This document shows, in pieces, positions 1 to 9,886 of a DNA stretch of 63,901 bases (position 1 is its first letter; each line of letters begins with the position of its first letter). The DNA is from a virus. Taxonomy: Duplodnaviria > Caudoviricetes. Both the position numbers and the translations under genes were made by a program. The notes below the pieces were generated by a model that had not been told where the DNA came from, did no database searches, and saw nothing but the letters and a program-made list of their open reading frames with translations. The stretch spans positions 1-63,901 of IMG/VR virus record IMGVR_UViG_3300036768_000681; one strand, given 5' to 3'.

Positions 1-17
1 ATACTTTGGAGGTTAGT

Positions 18-251
18 ATGAAAGATTTATATCAAGTGACTAAAGATTTTTTATTGCAAAAAGCAGTGCCATTCCTGACTAAATATGTTGTCAGATGGTC
101 AATAAAGTTTGTTGGTAGTGTGCTTGTATATTTAGGTTATACTCAGACGCAATATGAAGAGTTTGTATCTGGAGTAATTTTGTTTGCGGTCGGAGTTTTA
201 TGGACTTTATTCACGGATAAGGTATTAGGCAAGAAGGATACATTATCTTAA
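18..251 (+). CDS. Putative holin
   Basis: Small protein with two hydrophobic segments and a basic C-terminus, upstream of endolysin; GGAGG precedes ATG at 18. Confidence 0.6.
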   Translation: MKDLYQVTKDFLLQKAVPFLTKYVVRWSIKFVGSVLVYLGYTQTQYEEFVSGVILFAVGVLWTLFTDKVLGKKDTLS

Positions 252-302
252 TGGATGTAATATTCCTTTTATCATTAATATTCATCTGGAGGCTTTTGAA
301 AG

Positions 303-653
303 ATGCGAAAGAAAGAACTGAATAAAGAGCAAGTGAAAGATTGTGCTAAAGAATTACAATTGGTGTCAAAAAAAGTTGATGATGTTATTAATGAGATGAT
401 GGTATTGCGGGGCTTTGTAGAACAAAGATTTCAAGAAGTTGAGCATAAATTAATTGAGCGGACAACTATTGTTATTACAAATGGGGATAACACTCCAAAA
501 GAGATTGTGGATAGGAATAAGTTTTTTTCTGATTTATACAATAGAACAAGATATTCATTTTTTTTTCAGTCGGTATATAAGTCATTAGGAACTATTCTAA
601 CAATATTACTTATTCTTAATTTAGTATTAACAATCCTGAGCAGGATTAAATGA
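303..653 (+). CDS. Coiled-coil membrane protein of lysis cassette
   Basis: Coiled-coil N-terminus, single C-terminal TM helix; conserved in the second copy. Confidence 0.5.
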   Translation: MRKKELNKEQVKDCAKELQLVSKKVDDVINEMMVLRGFVEQRFQEVEHKLIERTTIVITNGDNTPKEIVDRNKFFSDLYNRTRYSFFFQSVYKSLGTILTILLILNLVLTILSRIK

Positions 654-1117
654 AAGGCGGGTTTGTCGAATTTGCAAAGGCAATAAGAGAACGGGAGAGT
701 TCAAATCGGTATGATATTGAGAATAAGTTTGGTTTCTTAGGTGCTTATCAATTTGGTAAAGTAAGACTACTTGACTTAGGTATTTCAATTGATGGATATG
801 GTAAGGATACACATCCAGAAAGATATAAGAAAGCAATAAAGGTTTCGAAAGAAAAATTTTTGAATACTCCTCATATGCAAGACGGAGCTTTTTTCAGGCA
901 TTGCCAAGATTTAAAACGGATAATTCTTATGCGATATAGACATTTAATCGGGAAAGAAGTTCGTGGTATAAATTTAACAATTAGTGGTATGATAGCAGGT
1001 ATACATTTGGTTGGACTTGGTGGATTTTTGAAGTGGATTTCTGGCGAAGATGTTAAGGATGGTCTTGGAACAAAAATTGAAGAGTATCTAACAAAGTTCG
1101 GAGATTACGCAATATGA
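650..1117 (+). CDS. Endolysin, lysozyme/transglycosylase-like fold
   Basis: RESSNRY..N..G.LGAYQF motif of lysozyme-like phage lysins; lysis context. Confidence 0.75.
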   Translation: MKGGFVEFAKAIRERESSNRYDIENKFGFLGAYQFGKVRLLDLGISIDGYGKDTHPERYKKAIKVSKEKFLNTPHMQDGAFFRHCQDLKRIILMRYRHLIGKEVRGINLTISGMIAGIHLVGLGGFLKWISGEDVKDGLGTKIEEYLTKFGDYAI

Positions 1118-1557
1118 AATTAAAAGATTTTGTGCTTATATTACTTATTGGAGTTGTTGCGGGATTTTTAGCATATCATATTAGCTTCAAAAAACAAGCT
1201 CAAAAGACTTATGTTCCTGTTGAAGTTCCGATTATAAAAAGAGATACTATATGGGTGGAGAAAATAAAAAAGATTACACAACCTGCCAGAATAGAAACTT
1301 TAATTACAAAAGAAAAAGATACAATTTCGATTGCGAAAACTGATACAATATTCACAGATGATAGTTTGACATTAAATATAGATTATTATTTTCCACCATT
1401 AAATAAATTTGAAATATTTTACCAATTAAAATCACCAATGATTAAGGAAGTGATAAAGGAAGTTCAGGTTGAGAGAACAAATCCTTATTTAGTTGGTGGG
1501 TTGATAGTTCAAACATTTATCATAATATTAATTCTTTTAAATTCATTATTCAAGTAA
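1114..1557 (+). CDS. Putative spanin
   Basis: N-terminal TM, DTI/DTL repeats, C-terminal hydrophobic segment, directly after endolysin. Confidence 0.5.
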   Translation: MKLKDFVLILLIGVVAGFLAYHISFKKQAQKTYVPVEVPIIKRDTIWVEKIKKITQPARIETLITKEKDTISIAKTDTIFTDDSLTLNIDYYFPPLNKFEIFYQLKSPMIKEVIKEVQVERTNPYLVGGLIVQTFIIILILLNSLFK

Positions 1558-1558
1558 T

Positions 1559-2395
1559 ATGGTTAAGAATATTGTTGTTATATCAGATACACATTTCGGC
1601 TGTCAGCTTGGATTGTGTCCACCAGAAGTTCAATTAGATGGTGGAGGTATTTACAAGGCTTCGAAGATCCAAATGAAATTATGGAAGATGTGGTTATATT
1701 TTTGGAATGATTGGATACCACAGGTGACGAATAATGAAGAATATGCTATTATTATAAATGGTGATGTTATAGATGGAGTTCATCACGGGTCTAAGACGCA
1801 GATTAGTCAGAATATAGCAGATCAAATTAAGATAGCTGAAGAAGTTTTAAGACCAATTATTAAGAATAGAAAGTGTGTTGCTTATTATCATATTCGTGGA
1901 ACTGAAGCGCATATTGGAAAATCTGGAGAATATGAAGAAGAATTAGCTAAGAATTTGGGTGCGATAAAATCAAAGAATGGGAACTATGCAAGGTGGGAAT
2001 TGTGGTTGACATTTGGAAAACGAAAATTGCTCTGTCATTTCACTCATCACATTTCGTCAACGAATTCAACAGCTTATGAGAGCACAGCAGTTCACAAGGA
2101 ATTGGTAGAAGCATATAATGAAGCTGGTAGGTGGAAATTAAGACCACCAGATGTTGTAGTTAGATCACATAGACATAGATTTTATTTAGTTCAAATGCCT
2201 TCCAGTAATACTAATGCAATTTCGGTTGTCACTCCTGCTTGGCAATTAAAGACACCATTTGTATATCGAGGATTGCTTGGTAGAAGTTCAACTCCACAGA
2301 TTGGTGGAATTGTAATAAAGGAAGGAAGTGAAGTTCCAGTATATATTCGTCACAAGATATGGAACATTGAACGAGAGAGTGAGGAACGGTTATGA
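1559..2395 (+). CDS. Calcineurin-like metallophosphoesterase
   Basis: SDTH, NGDVIDG, RGTEAH and SHRH metal-binding motifs. Confidence 0.75.
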   Translation: MVKNIVVISDTHFGCQLGLCPPEVQLDGGGIYKASKIQMKLWKMWLYFWNDWIPQVTNNEEYAIIINGDVIDGVHHGSKTQISQNIADQIKIAEEVLRPIIKNRKCVAYYHIRGTEAHIGKSGEYEEELAKNLGAIKSKNGNYARWELWLTFGKRKLLCHFTHHISSTNSTAYESTAVHKELVEAYNEAGRWKLRPPDVVVRSHRHRFYLVQMPSSNTNAISVVTPAWQLKTPFVYRGLLGRSSTPQIGGIVIKEGSEVPVYIRHKIWNIERESEERL

Positions 2396-2634
2396 AAAAT
2401 TTAGAAATAAAATTTGAAGAATACATAAAAGCTCTTGAAGAAGCAAGGTATAGGAATAGAGTATTGCCGAAGGATGTTTATGATTTTGTTGAAAAAAAGT
2501 TAAAAGAAGGTAATAAAAAGTCTGTAATATTGAAATTCTTAATTGAGCAGAACATATTAAAAGTCTCAAAAGTGCATTTTATCCGAATGATTGAATATTC
2601 AAGGAAATATTATAGTCAAAAAAAAATGAGTTGA
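2392..2634 (+). CDS. Hypothetical protein
   Basis: Translationally coupled ORF. Confidence 0.55.
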   Translation: MKNLEIKFEEYIKALEEARYRNRVLPKDVYDFVEKKLKEGNKKSVILKFLIEQNILKVSKVHFIRMIEYSRKYYSQKKMS

Positions 2635-2640
2635 TGAAAA

Positions 2641-2830
2641 TCTATTGCAAAATCTATTGCAGTGTGGGTAATTTTTTGAAATTTTTAAAATTTTTGTAGT
2701 TTTGACATTTGCAGAATTGAACAATCTTTCCTTATTTTTATTTAAAAAATTGATTTATTTAAACTTTTTGATACCTCAAATATACCTGTCTTGACTGAAT
2801 TCTATTGCAATTCTATTGCAGTCTATTGAA
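2641..2830. other. Putative attP with integrase arm-type sites
   Basis: TCTATTGCA direct repeats at 2641, 2653, 2801, 2812 and a variant at 2822, flanking an AT-rich core at the integrase 3' end. Confidence 0.65.
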
Positions 2831-3808
2831 TAATGCTTGATTGATTGCATCTGCCATCTTGTTCACATCAACATTAATATAATATTTCATTGTAGTTTTA
2901 AAATTATTATGGCGCATAAATTTCATTAGATAATATGGATTTAAGCCTTGCTCTGCTAATCGAGTTCCACGAGTTTTTCTTAAATCGTGAAATTTATAAT
3001 TCAATCCTAAATTCTTTAATGCCTCAATAAAGATTAAATAATAATATTTTGAACTATTATAAGGACATAAGGGCTTACTTTTATCCAATTTTGATAAAAA
3101 TTGGTATGCGTCATCTGGGATTGGAAGGTAATCGATACGATTAGCCTTTTTGTTTTTGATCGTAATAATTCTTTTTTCCAAATCAATATCATCCCAAGTA
3201 ATATAAAGAATTTCACTTCGTCTTAGTGCGAATAAGTAGATAATTTTAATGATAGAATAAATTTTGAATGATCTTTTTTTAAGGTATTCGAATATTGTTT
3301 CGAGATCATTCTCGGAAATAATATTTATTTTTGATGGTTTAATTTTTAATTTAAAAAATTTGAAATTATATTGAATGCCTTTTGATCTTAAAAATTCAAA
3401 ATATTGTTTAATTATATTAATGTAATGATTAATTGAATTATTATTATTTAATTGGTGATGTTGGATAAAATTATTAAGATGAATTTCTGAATAATATTCT
3501 ATCGGGTAATCTCCATTTAAATTAATCCATTCATTTAATATCTTATTACATCTTTTTTTTCTTTCTTCAGATTTAGGAATTAGAAATTCTTCTATATAAG
3601 TAGAGAATTTTACGACTTTTTTTGAGTTATTAGCACTTATAAAATGATTAGGAAGGAGTTTTAGTTGTTTTTTAGCTTCAAAATCTTTTAAAATTCTTTT
3701 AGCTTCATAATAATCTTTTGTTTTTGTTGAAAATGATTTGGTCCGTTGAGTAAAATTATCGTAATAATATATGTGCCAGATATTACCACGCTTATATAAA
3801 TATGCCAT
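2813..3808 (-). CDS. int: Tyrosine integrase
   Basis: LRRSE (R), FHDLRKT (HxxR), MRH...TT..Y catalytic motifs; N-terminal arm-binding domain. Confidence 0.92.
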   Translation of the reverse strand: MAYLYKRGNIWHIYYYDNFTQRTKSFSTKTKDYYEAKRILKDFEAKKQLKLLPNHFISANNSKKVVKFSTYIEEFLIPKSEERKKRCNKILNEWINLNGDYPIEYYSEIHLNNFIQHHQLNNNNSINHYINIIKQYFEFLRSKGIQYNFKFFKLKIKPSKINIISENDLETIFEYLKKRSFKIYSIIKIIYLFALRRSEILYITWDDIDLEKRIITIKNKKANRIDYLPIPDDAYQFLSKLDKSKPLCPYNSSKYYYLIFIEALKNLGLNYKFHDLRKTRGTRLAEQGLNPYYLMKFMRHNNFKTTMKYYINVDVNKMADAINQALFNRLQ

Positions 3809-3809
3809 C

Positions 3810-4112
3810 TTAATATTGTAAGACGATTACTCCATATTCTGCGGTTGTTTCAACTTCTCTTAATGTTGTTTCACCAAATATTGGATCTTCTTCTATCAAT
3901 TTTGCTTTCAAAAATCCATATTGAGTTCTCTTCATAAATGTTGCATAATAATGACCTTGCCAATTCGATATTCCATAAGAATAATTTCCATATCCATCAT
4001 AGGTTGAATTTTCAAGTAATCCTATCCAGTAAGTATTGGAGCTGACTTCTACTCGATGCTTAACATTGCAACCTATGAAGATTAATAATAAGAATAATAA
4101 TAATGTTTTCAT
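3810..4112 (-). CDS. Lipoprotein, possible superinfection exclusion
   Basis: Signal peptide with lipobox FIGC; lies between repressor and integrase. Confidence 0.55.
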   Translation of the reverse strand: MKTLLLFLLLIFIGCNVKHRVEVSSNTYWIGLLENSTYDGYGNYSYGISNWQGHYYATFMKRTQYGFLKAKLIEEDPIFGETTLREVETTAEYGVIVLQY

Positions 4113-4741
4113 TTATCTTTATTCCTAATTTTTTCTTCTTCTTCTTTTGTAATATCTTGTAGTTTTCGTAATACTCCTATTATTGGATATATTTTATCAA
4201 TTTCATTAGGTTTAAATACTTCAGGAACTTCATATTCATTATACCAGATAAGAATTTCATTTTCGGGCAATATCTTAACTTTTCCAATTATTAAATTTTC
4301 ACTTTTCATTTTTATCAAACACAACATATTATTAATGTTTCTAATTGTTGGATCACATATAATTGTATCATTTCTTTTTATCTCTTCGAGTTTCGTATCA
4401 AAGTTAATTTTATAAAAAAATTGCTCTGGTTGTAATTGAAATAATGGCTTTTCTCTTATAAAATAATCTATCACTTCTTCTTTAATTTTTGTTTTATCAG
4501 TATAATCTTTTAGATTGCGATAGACTATTGGATCGGTATCTGCAATAATCTTAATGTTTAATCCTTGTTCTATTTTTCTAATGGTGCTTTTGCGGATATT
4601 AGTAATTGTGCCATAGATAATTCTATAAATGTTATTTGGTGATATTCCAGTAAGATTTGACAATTCATAAACGCTAAGATTAAAATCATTTAAAATTTTA
4701 AGTAGGAATTCTTTCCACCTATTTTTTTCTTCTTTCTTCAT
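4109..4741 (-). CDS. CI-like repressor (XRE HTH plus S24-like C-terminal domain)
   Basis: LSVYELSNLTGISPNNIYRI HTH; divergent from the Cro/Xis-like gene. Confidence 0.8.
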   Translation of the reverse strand: MKKEEKNRWKEFLLKILNDFNLSVYELSNLTGISPNNIYRIIYGTITNIRKSTIRKIEQGLNIKIIADTDPIVYRNLKDYTDKTKIKEEVIDYFIREKPLFQLQPEQFFYKINFDTKLEEIKRNDTIICDPTIRNINNMLCLIKMKSENLIIGKVKILPENEILIWYNEYEVPEVFKPNEIDKIYPIIGVLRKLQDITKEEEEKIRNKDK

Positions 4742-4831
4742 TTCGATTTCCTTTTATTCAAATTTAATATTTCTGTAAGTCTTTTTATTACAATAATTTA
4801 TGACATTTAATACTTTATTATTTAGAAACAC

Positions 4832-4860
4832 TTGACTTTTATTATAAAAAGTCATAAATA
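4832..4860 (+). promoter_or_regulatory. Lysis-lysogeny switch promoter/operator
   Basis: TTGACT -35 overlapped by the palindrome TGACTTTT-N6-AAAAGTCA (4833-4854). Confidence 0.55.
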
Positions 4861-4873
4861 GTAATAAAAAAGA

Positions 4874-5116
4874 GTGAAAATGAATAAGTTATTAACAATA
4901 AATGAAACAGCTCGCATCTTAAGATGCGGGCGTAATAAGGTAATTCAATTGATTAAAGATAATATCTTTCCTGTTGTAATTATCAATGATCGTTACTTCA
5001 TAAGACCTTCCGATGTTGAAAATTATATTAATTCACATCTTTATTTCTACACAAATATTCAAAGTCACACATTATCACACAATGTAATTATTCAAAAAAA
5101 AGAGGAGAAAGTTTAA
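4874..5116 (+). CDS. Excisionase/Cro-like HTH protein
   Basis: LLTINETARILRCGRNKV..LI Xis-like HTH pattern. Confidence 0.75.
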   Translation: MKMNKLLTINETARILRCGRNKVIQLIKDNIFPVVIINDRYFIRPSDVENYINSHLYFYTNIQSHTLSHNVIIQKKEEKV

Positions 5117-5542
5117 ATGAATTTGCAAAATTCACAAAAAGAACTTCAAGATTTTATTCTTGAAATATTAAGGAGAAATCATTTATCAATCGAATGGTTA
5201 GCTGATAAACTTAACTTAGATTATGATATTGTTCATTATCAGCTAAAACGAGCAAAGAATTATAGAAGTGAGTTTCATCAAAAATGCATACAATTATTTA
5301 AATCGGAAAAACTTATCAATGAAAAATATGATGATTTGAATGAGCTAAAGGATAAAGTTATACAATTGGATTATCTTATTAATGGGGGGCTTTCATTATT
5401 CGAAAGAAATCTTCAATTGTCACTTCAAGATAATTATCTCGATGAGAAAGAGAAACAAGAGTTGGAAAAGTTATTGAAAGAATTGAAGGATAGAATAGAA
5501 GATCAGATCAACAATTTCATTTTAACAATTCAACTTAAATAA
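5117..5542 (+). CDS. Putative CII-like regulator
   Basis: N-terminal HTH-like segment, helical C-terminus, position after Cro/Xis. Confidence 0.4.
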   Translation: MNLQNSQKELQDFILEILRRNHLSIEWLADKLNLDYDIVHYQLKRAKNYRSEFHQKCIQLFKSEKLINEKYDDLNELKDKVIQLDYLINGGLSLFERNLQLSLQDNYLDEKEKQELEKLLKELKDRIEDQINNFILTIQLK

Positions 5543-5553
5543 AGGGGGAAAAT

Positions 5554-5745
5554 ATGAAGAAATTAATTTGTCTTTTTTGTAAGAAACAAATTCAAATTAA
5601 TGATGAAAAACAACTGCTTGCAATAAGAGAGACTAATGAACCTAAAGTAAAAGAGGCTGGAGTTGTTCATATAGATTGTTTTAAGAATTTTTTGAAGTGG
5701 AATTCAAAAGATATCATTTTAAATCTTACGGAGGTGTTAAAATGA
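5554..5745 (+). CDS. Small Zn-finger-like protein
   Basis: CxxC...HxxC; good RBS. Confidence 0.55.
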   Translation: MKKLICLFCKKQIQINDEKQLLAIRETNEPKVKEAGVVHIDCFKNFLKWNSKDIILNLTEVLK

Positions 5746-6050
5746 TCAGAATATTATTTCCAAAAACTAAAGATTATCTTAATCTGCTTACCGAAAATGC
5801 TATCCTGAGAAAAAAGCTATTCAACACTTACCAAGATTATATTCAACTTAAGGAGGAAATAATGAATAATATTACTTTGATAGATATAAGACCATATAAA
5901 GAAGGGTATTATCTCCAATGTAATCATTGTGGTTATAAAGTAAAATCAAAAGTAAAATTAGAAGTAATGAAACGGGCGAATGAATTCGTGTATGACAACG
6001 GAATAATTTATTGTAATAAATGTTACTTAAGAAAGATAATTGAACAATGA
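5742..6050 (+). CDS. Zn-finger-like protein
   Basis: Two CxxC pairs; GGAGG upstream of ATG 5742. Confidence 0.55.
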   Translation: MIRILFPKTKDYLNLLTENAILRKKLFNTYQDYIQLKEEIMNNITLIDIRPYKEGYYLQCNHCGYKVKSKVKLEVMKRANEFVYDNGIIYCNKCYLRKIIEQ

Positions 6051-8422
6051 ATAATAAAGATATTCTTGTTTCATTTGCGAAAAAATTTCTTTCTGTTGGA
6101 GTTAATATACTTCCAACAAGAGTGAGTGAAAAGTATCCGAAGGTTAAGTCTTGGAGTGAATTTCAAAAGAGGATGGTGCGAGATGATGAGATTGAGAACT
6201 TATTCAAAAATGGAATTGATGGAATTGGTGTAATTACTGGTGCAATATCTGGTAATCTGGAATGCATTGATATTGATAATAAGCTCGGGAATGCAGGTGA
6301 AATATTTAAATTAATACAATGGGAATTAGAAGAAATTCTTCAGAGATGTATTATCGAAAAGACACAGAATGAGGGTTATCACATATTCTATAGAGCCGAG
6401 CGGGTAGATGGCAATCAAAAGCTTGCTCAGATGAAAGATATTACTGGGACTAAGATTACTATTATTGAGACAAGAGGGGAGGGAGGTTTTGTTGTAGTTT
6501 ATCCATCACCTAATTATCAGTTACTCTGGGGTAGTTGGACCAATATTCCTTATCTAAGTGAGGATGAAAGAGAACAATTAATAACATTTTGTATATCCTT
6601 CAATGAAATTGAAAGTGAAAAAGTTGAAATTAAAATAGGGGGATTTGAAATTAAGCCTTGGGAAGAATATAATGAGAAAGGGATTGAAGATGCAAAGAGA
6701 ATTTTAAAAGAAACTGGATGGACTTATGTAAAGACTAATATACACGGAGTTGAATATTGGCGGAGACCTAATGCTAAGACTAAGGGTATAGATGCAACAT
6801 TTAGGAATAATATCTTTTATGTGTTCTCTACTAATGCATCACCATTTGAAGCAGGCAAGGGATATTCACCATTTGGAATTTTGTCCCTTTTATATTTCAA
6901 CAATAATCATAAAGCTACTATAGAATATCTTGAAAAAAATGGATATGGTAAGCGGAAAGTATATATTAATTCAAAGAAAAGAAATGATGAACACGAATTC
7001 ATTGAAGTTATTGTCAGTGGAAAGGTTCCTAAGTTAAAAGTCAATAAGAATAATTTTTTGAATTTCTTAATAAAAAATGGTTTCGGGAAAATCTATATTG
7101 GAAGTGATATTATTATTGTTAAAGTAAGTAACAATATTGTAAGTAATTATAGCGAGGCAAGAATAAAAGATTTCGTTTTTAACTACATTAAAGAAAACGA
7201 ATGGAATATTGATGGTTTTTCCAAACAGGATGCATATAATCTAATTCTGGACAAAGAAAAAGAGATCTTCTCAATATCTTTCCTTGAATTCCTTCCTACA
7301 CTTGATCTTAATTTCAAGCGTGATACAAGAGATGAAGCTTATTTCTTTTTTACTAATGTTTGGGTGCGTGCTAACGAAAGTGGATATCAAGTGGTTGATT
7401 ATAATAAGCTTGATGGTGTTGTGTGGGAAAAACAAATTATTCAAAGAGAATTTGAAAAGGTTGATTTCGAAGGTTGTGACTTTCAAAAGTTCTTAATGAA
7501 TATATGTAGATATGAGCCACCTAATGATTTCAATGCTGATAGATATTTAAGTTTGAAAACAGCAATTGGTTATCTTCTTCATACATACAAAGATCCAGCG
7601 AATGCAAAAGCAATTATCTTTGTTGATGAGGGAGAACCAACTGATACTCCAGATGAGGCAAATGGTAGATCAGGAAAGTCTTTAGTAGGAAAAGCAATTG
7701 GAAAGCTCAGGAATGAAGTCAGAATAGATGGTAGAACATTCAAGTTCGATAAGACATTCGCATTCCAGAGTATTAACTTAGATACACAACTAATTCATTT
7801 CAACGATGTTCCTAAGCGATTTGATTTTGAAAAACTTTTTGCAATTATAACTGATAGCATTACGATTGAAAAAAAGAATAGAGATGAATTCATTATTCCA
7901 TTCGAACACTCTCCTAAGGTTTTAATTTCAACAAATTATACAATTCAAGTGGATGGCACGAGTGGTAAAGATAGAAAGTTTGAAATTGAATTCTCAAATT
8001 ACTACAACATTAGACATCGACCTATTGATGATTTTGAATACCGATTTTTTGACGATTGGACTGATGAAAAATCTTACGAATGGAAAAAGTTCGACAACTT
8101 TATGATCAGCTGTTGTGTAGATTACTTCCAGAATAGATTAATGCCATATAGATTTCGAAATTTGATCAGGAAACAGGTTGCACAGGGGACATTGCCTGAG
8201 TTCTATGATTTTATGGAAAATTATGTGATTAAAGATGGAAGATTCTATTCAACATCGGATCTATTCAACGAATTCAAAAAGTTATTTCCCGAATTTGAAG
8301 AAGTAACTATAAAAAGATTCTCACAATGGATTAATAATTATTGTATTAATACTGGAATAAAATATGAAAAAATCAGGATACAAGCAGATAGAGGTTGGAG
8401 ATTCACAAATGATAATAATTAA
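6047..8422 (+). CDS. Bifunctional primase-polymerase fused to P-loop helicase
   Basis: Prim-pol motifs CIDID, GYHIFY, ETRGEGGFVV..PS; Walker A NGRSGKS. Confidence 0.85.
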   Translation: MNNKDILVSFAKKFLSVGVNILPTRVSEKYPKVKSWSEFQKRMVRDDEIENLFKNGIDGIGVITGAISGNLECIDIDNKLGNAGEIFKLIQWELEEILQRCIIEKTQNEGYHIFYRAERVDGNQKLAQMKDITGTKITIIETRGEGGFVVVYPSPNYQLLWGSWTNIPYLSEDEREQLITFCISFNEIESEKVEIKIGGFEIKPWEEYNEKGIEDAKRILKETGWTYVKTNIHGVEYWRRPNAKTKGIDATFRNNIFYVFSTNASPFEAGKGYSPFGILSLLYFNNNHKATIEYLEKNGYGKRKVYINSKKRNDEHEFIEVIVSGKVPKLKVNKNNFLNFLIKNGFGKIYIGSDIIIVKVSNNIVSNYSEARIKDFVFNYIKENEWNIDGFSKQDAYNLILDKEKEIFSISFLEFLPTLDLNFKRDTRDEAYFFFTNVWVRANESGYQVVDYNKLDGVVWEKQIIQREFEKVDFEGCDFQKFLMNICRYEPPNDFNADRYLSLKTAIGYLLHTYKDPANAKAIIFVDEGEPTDTPDEANGRSGKSLVGKAIGKLRNEVRIDGRTFKFDKTFAFQSINLDTQLIHFNDVPKRFDFEKLFAIITDSITIEKKNRDEFIIPFEHSPKVLISTNYTIQVDGTSGKDRKFEIEFSNYYNIRHRPIDDFEYRFFDDWTDEKSYEWKKFDNFMISCCVDYFQNRLMPYRFRNLIRKQVAQGTLPEFYDFMENYVIKDGRFYSTSDLFNEFKKLFPEFEEVTIKRFSQWINNYCINTGIKYEKIRIQADRGWRFTNDNN

Positions 8423-8455
8423 TAGTTCTATGAGAATATTTAATGTTGCAGGATT

Positions 8456-8766
8456 TGCCACATTGCCACATTTGTCAGATTATTTAAACAATTTGGAGTT
8501 AAAGCTAAGTTATTGTTTTATAATACTTTATCTTTTTATTGCTCCTTATTCCTTTAAATTTAAACAATTTAAAAAAATAAAAAATATATATAATAAAGAA
8601 GAAGAAAGAAAAAAAGAAAGAAGAGTAATTTTAAAGAATATATTTAGCAAAATTATCTGTAATCTGGAGTTTCATTTCTCTAAATTATTATATTTTAATG
8701 ATTTATCCTTTGAACCACATTGTAATAACAATCTGGCAGATATGGCAATCTGGCATATTTCTGGAG
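8456..8766. other. Putative replication origin of phage A
   Basis: Inverted iteron sets (TGCCACAT/TGTCAGAT at 8456-8480; ATCTGGCA-like at 8655-8766) around a T-rich/A-rich core, just after the primase-helicase. Confidence 0.6.
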
Positions 8767-8796
8767 CTAAGTGGCTAATATTAACCAATATATGGA

Positions 8797-9243
8797 GTGT
8801 TTATGGAAATTCCAGATAGTCTAATCAAGCAATACAATAAGCAATTGATTAAGCGAAGTAAAATAAGTCAACTTACAGGATTGAGTAGTTCTATTATAAC
8901 AAGAATTTTATATAAGAAGGGAGTTGACTTGTGGGATTTAAATGATAAGAAATTAGTTATGAATGAATTAAAAATGATTGATAAGTATGAAAAGAAAAGA
9001 TATGATAGAAAAGAATTATCGGAAAGGTATAATATACCATTAAAGAAATTGAATGTGATATTACATAAATATTATATTGAATTGTGGGACAAGAAGGATG
9101 GTAAAATAAAAAAGAATAATAATTATTCATTCTGGAATGACATATTAGATGGACATCCAGATCCTGCATATGTAATGATGTTTCTTAATTATAATAAAGA
9201 TTGGAGGCAATATGATCGAAGTCGATGCAAAAGAAGTAAATAA
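8797..9243 (+). CDS. Tandem-HTH-like protein, homologous to 36182-36616
   Basis: Shared EIP.SLIKQY and FW.....HPDP.Y motifs. Confidence 0.6.
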   Translation: MFMEIPDSLIKQYNKQLIKRSKISQLTGLSSSIITRILYKKGVDLWDLNDKKLVMNELKMIDKYEKKRYDRKELSERYNIPLKKLNVILHKYYIELWDKKDGKIKKNNNYSFWNDILDGHPDPAYVMMFLNYNKDWRQYDRSRCKRSK

Positions 9244-9784
9244 AACATTACAAAAGATATTAGATGATCAACCGAGATATCTTGCTCGAGCAATTAATGA
9301 TACAAAAGATAGAACACTTAACAAGTGGATTGATTTAGTTCAAGATAATTATACAATCAAAAAGAGTGTGAAGAAGTTCTTTATATCAATTCCTGCAACT
9401 AAGAATAATCTTCAAGCAATTATTACTTTCAATGCTAAGAAAGAGAATAAAGTTGGATTAATATATTATAAGACAAAAGCAACGAAAAGAAAAGGTGTTT
9501 ATGTTGAAGTTATAAAAGGAAGTGAAGAGCAATTGCGTCACGCATTTCAAGCAACAATGCCATCAGGACATACAGGAATATTTCAAAGAACTGGAAGATT
9601 TAAAATTGCAATTAAGGGTAGATATAAGGGAAGGAAAAGGGAAGTTATCAAAGAATTATATGGACCTTCTCTATCGAAAATTTTTTCAAGAAAAGAAATA
9701 ATGGAGAGGATTAAGAATTATGTTAGAGAAGAATTATCAAAGCAACTGGAAAGACAAGTTGAGAGAATTAAGAGAGGTTTTTAA
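9212..9784 (+). CDS. Minor tail protein Z-like
   Basis: Basic protein with AF.ATMPSGH.GIFQR...ELYGPS signature. Confidence 0.65.
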   Translation: MIEVDAKEVNKTLQKILDDQPRYLARAINDTKDRTLNKWIDLVQDNYTIKKSVKKFFISIPATKNNLQAIITFNAKKENKVGLIYYKTKATKRKGVYVEVIKGSEEQLRHAFQATMPSGHTGIFQRTGRFKIAIKGRYKGRKREVIKELYGPSLSKIFSRKEIMERIKNYVREELSKQLERQVERIKRGF

Positions 9785-9787
9785 TTC

Positions 9788-9841
9788 TACGGGTCCTAAC
9801 TCAAGGTTAAAAAGCGAACTTCCACGACGCACGGCTTTTAA
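9788..9841 (+). other. Putative cos site (cosQ plus cosN)
   Basis: TACGGGTCCT as at lambda cosQ, then a GC-richer core flanked by AAAAGC/GCTTTT, upstream of terS. Confidence 0.6.
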
Positions 9842-9886
9842 TTTTGCATTAAAACAAAAAATGTTATCTGTTTCTGATTAAATGAT

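Larger units (their letters stand above)
1..1130 (+). repeat. Lysis segment, copy 1 (near-identical to 28892-30020)
   Basis: Direct nucleotide match starting atactttggaggttagtatg; proteins nearly identical. Confidence 0.95.

Noticed and set aside
8364-8819. 151-aa ORF
   Set aside because: Low-complexity translation over an iteron-flanked AT-rich tract; better explained as an origin.
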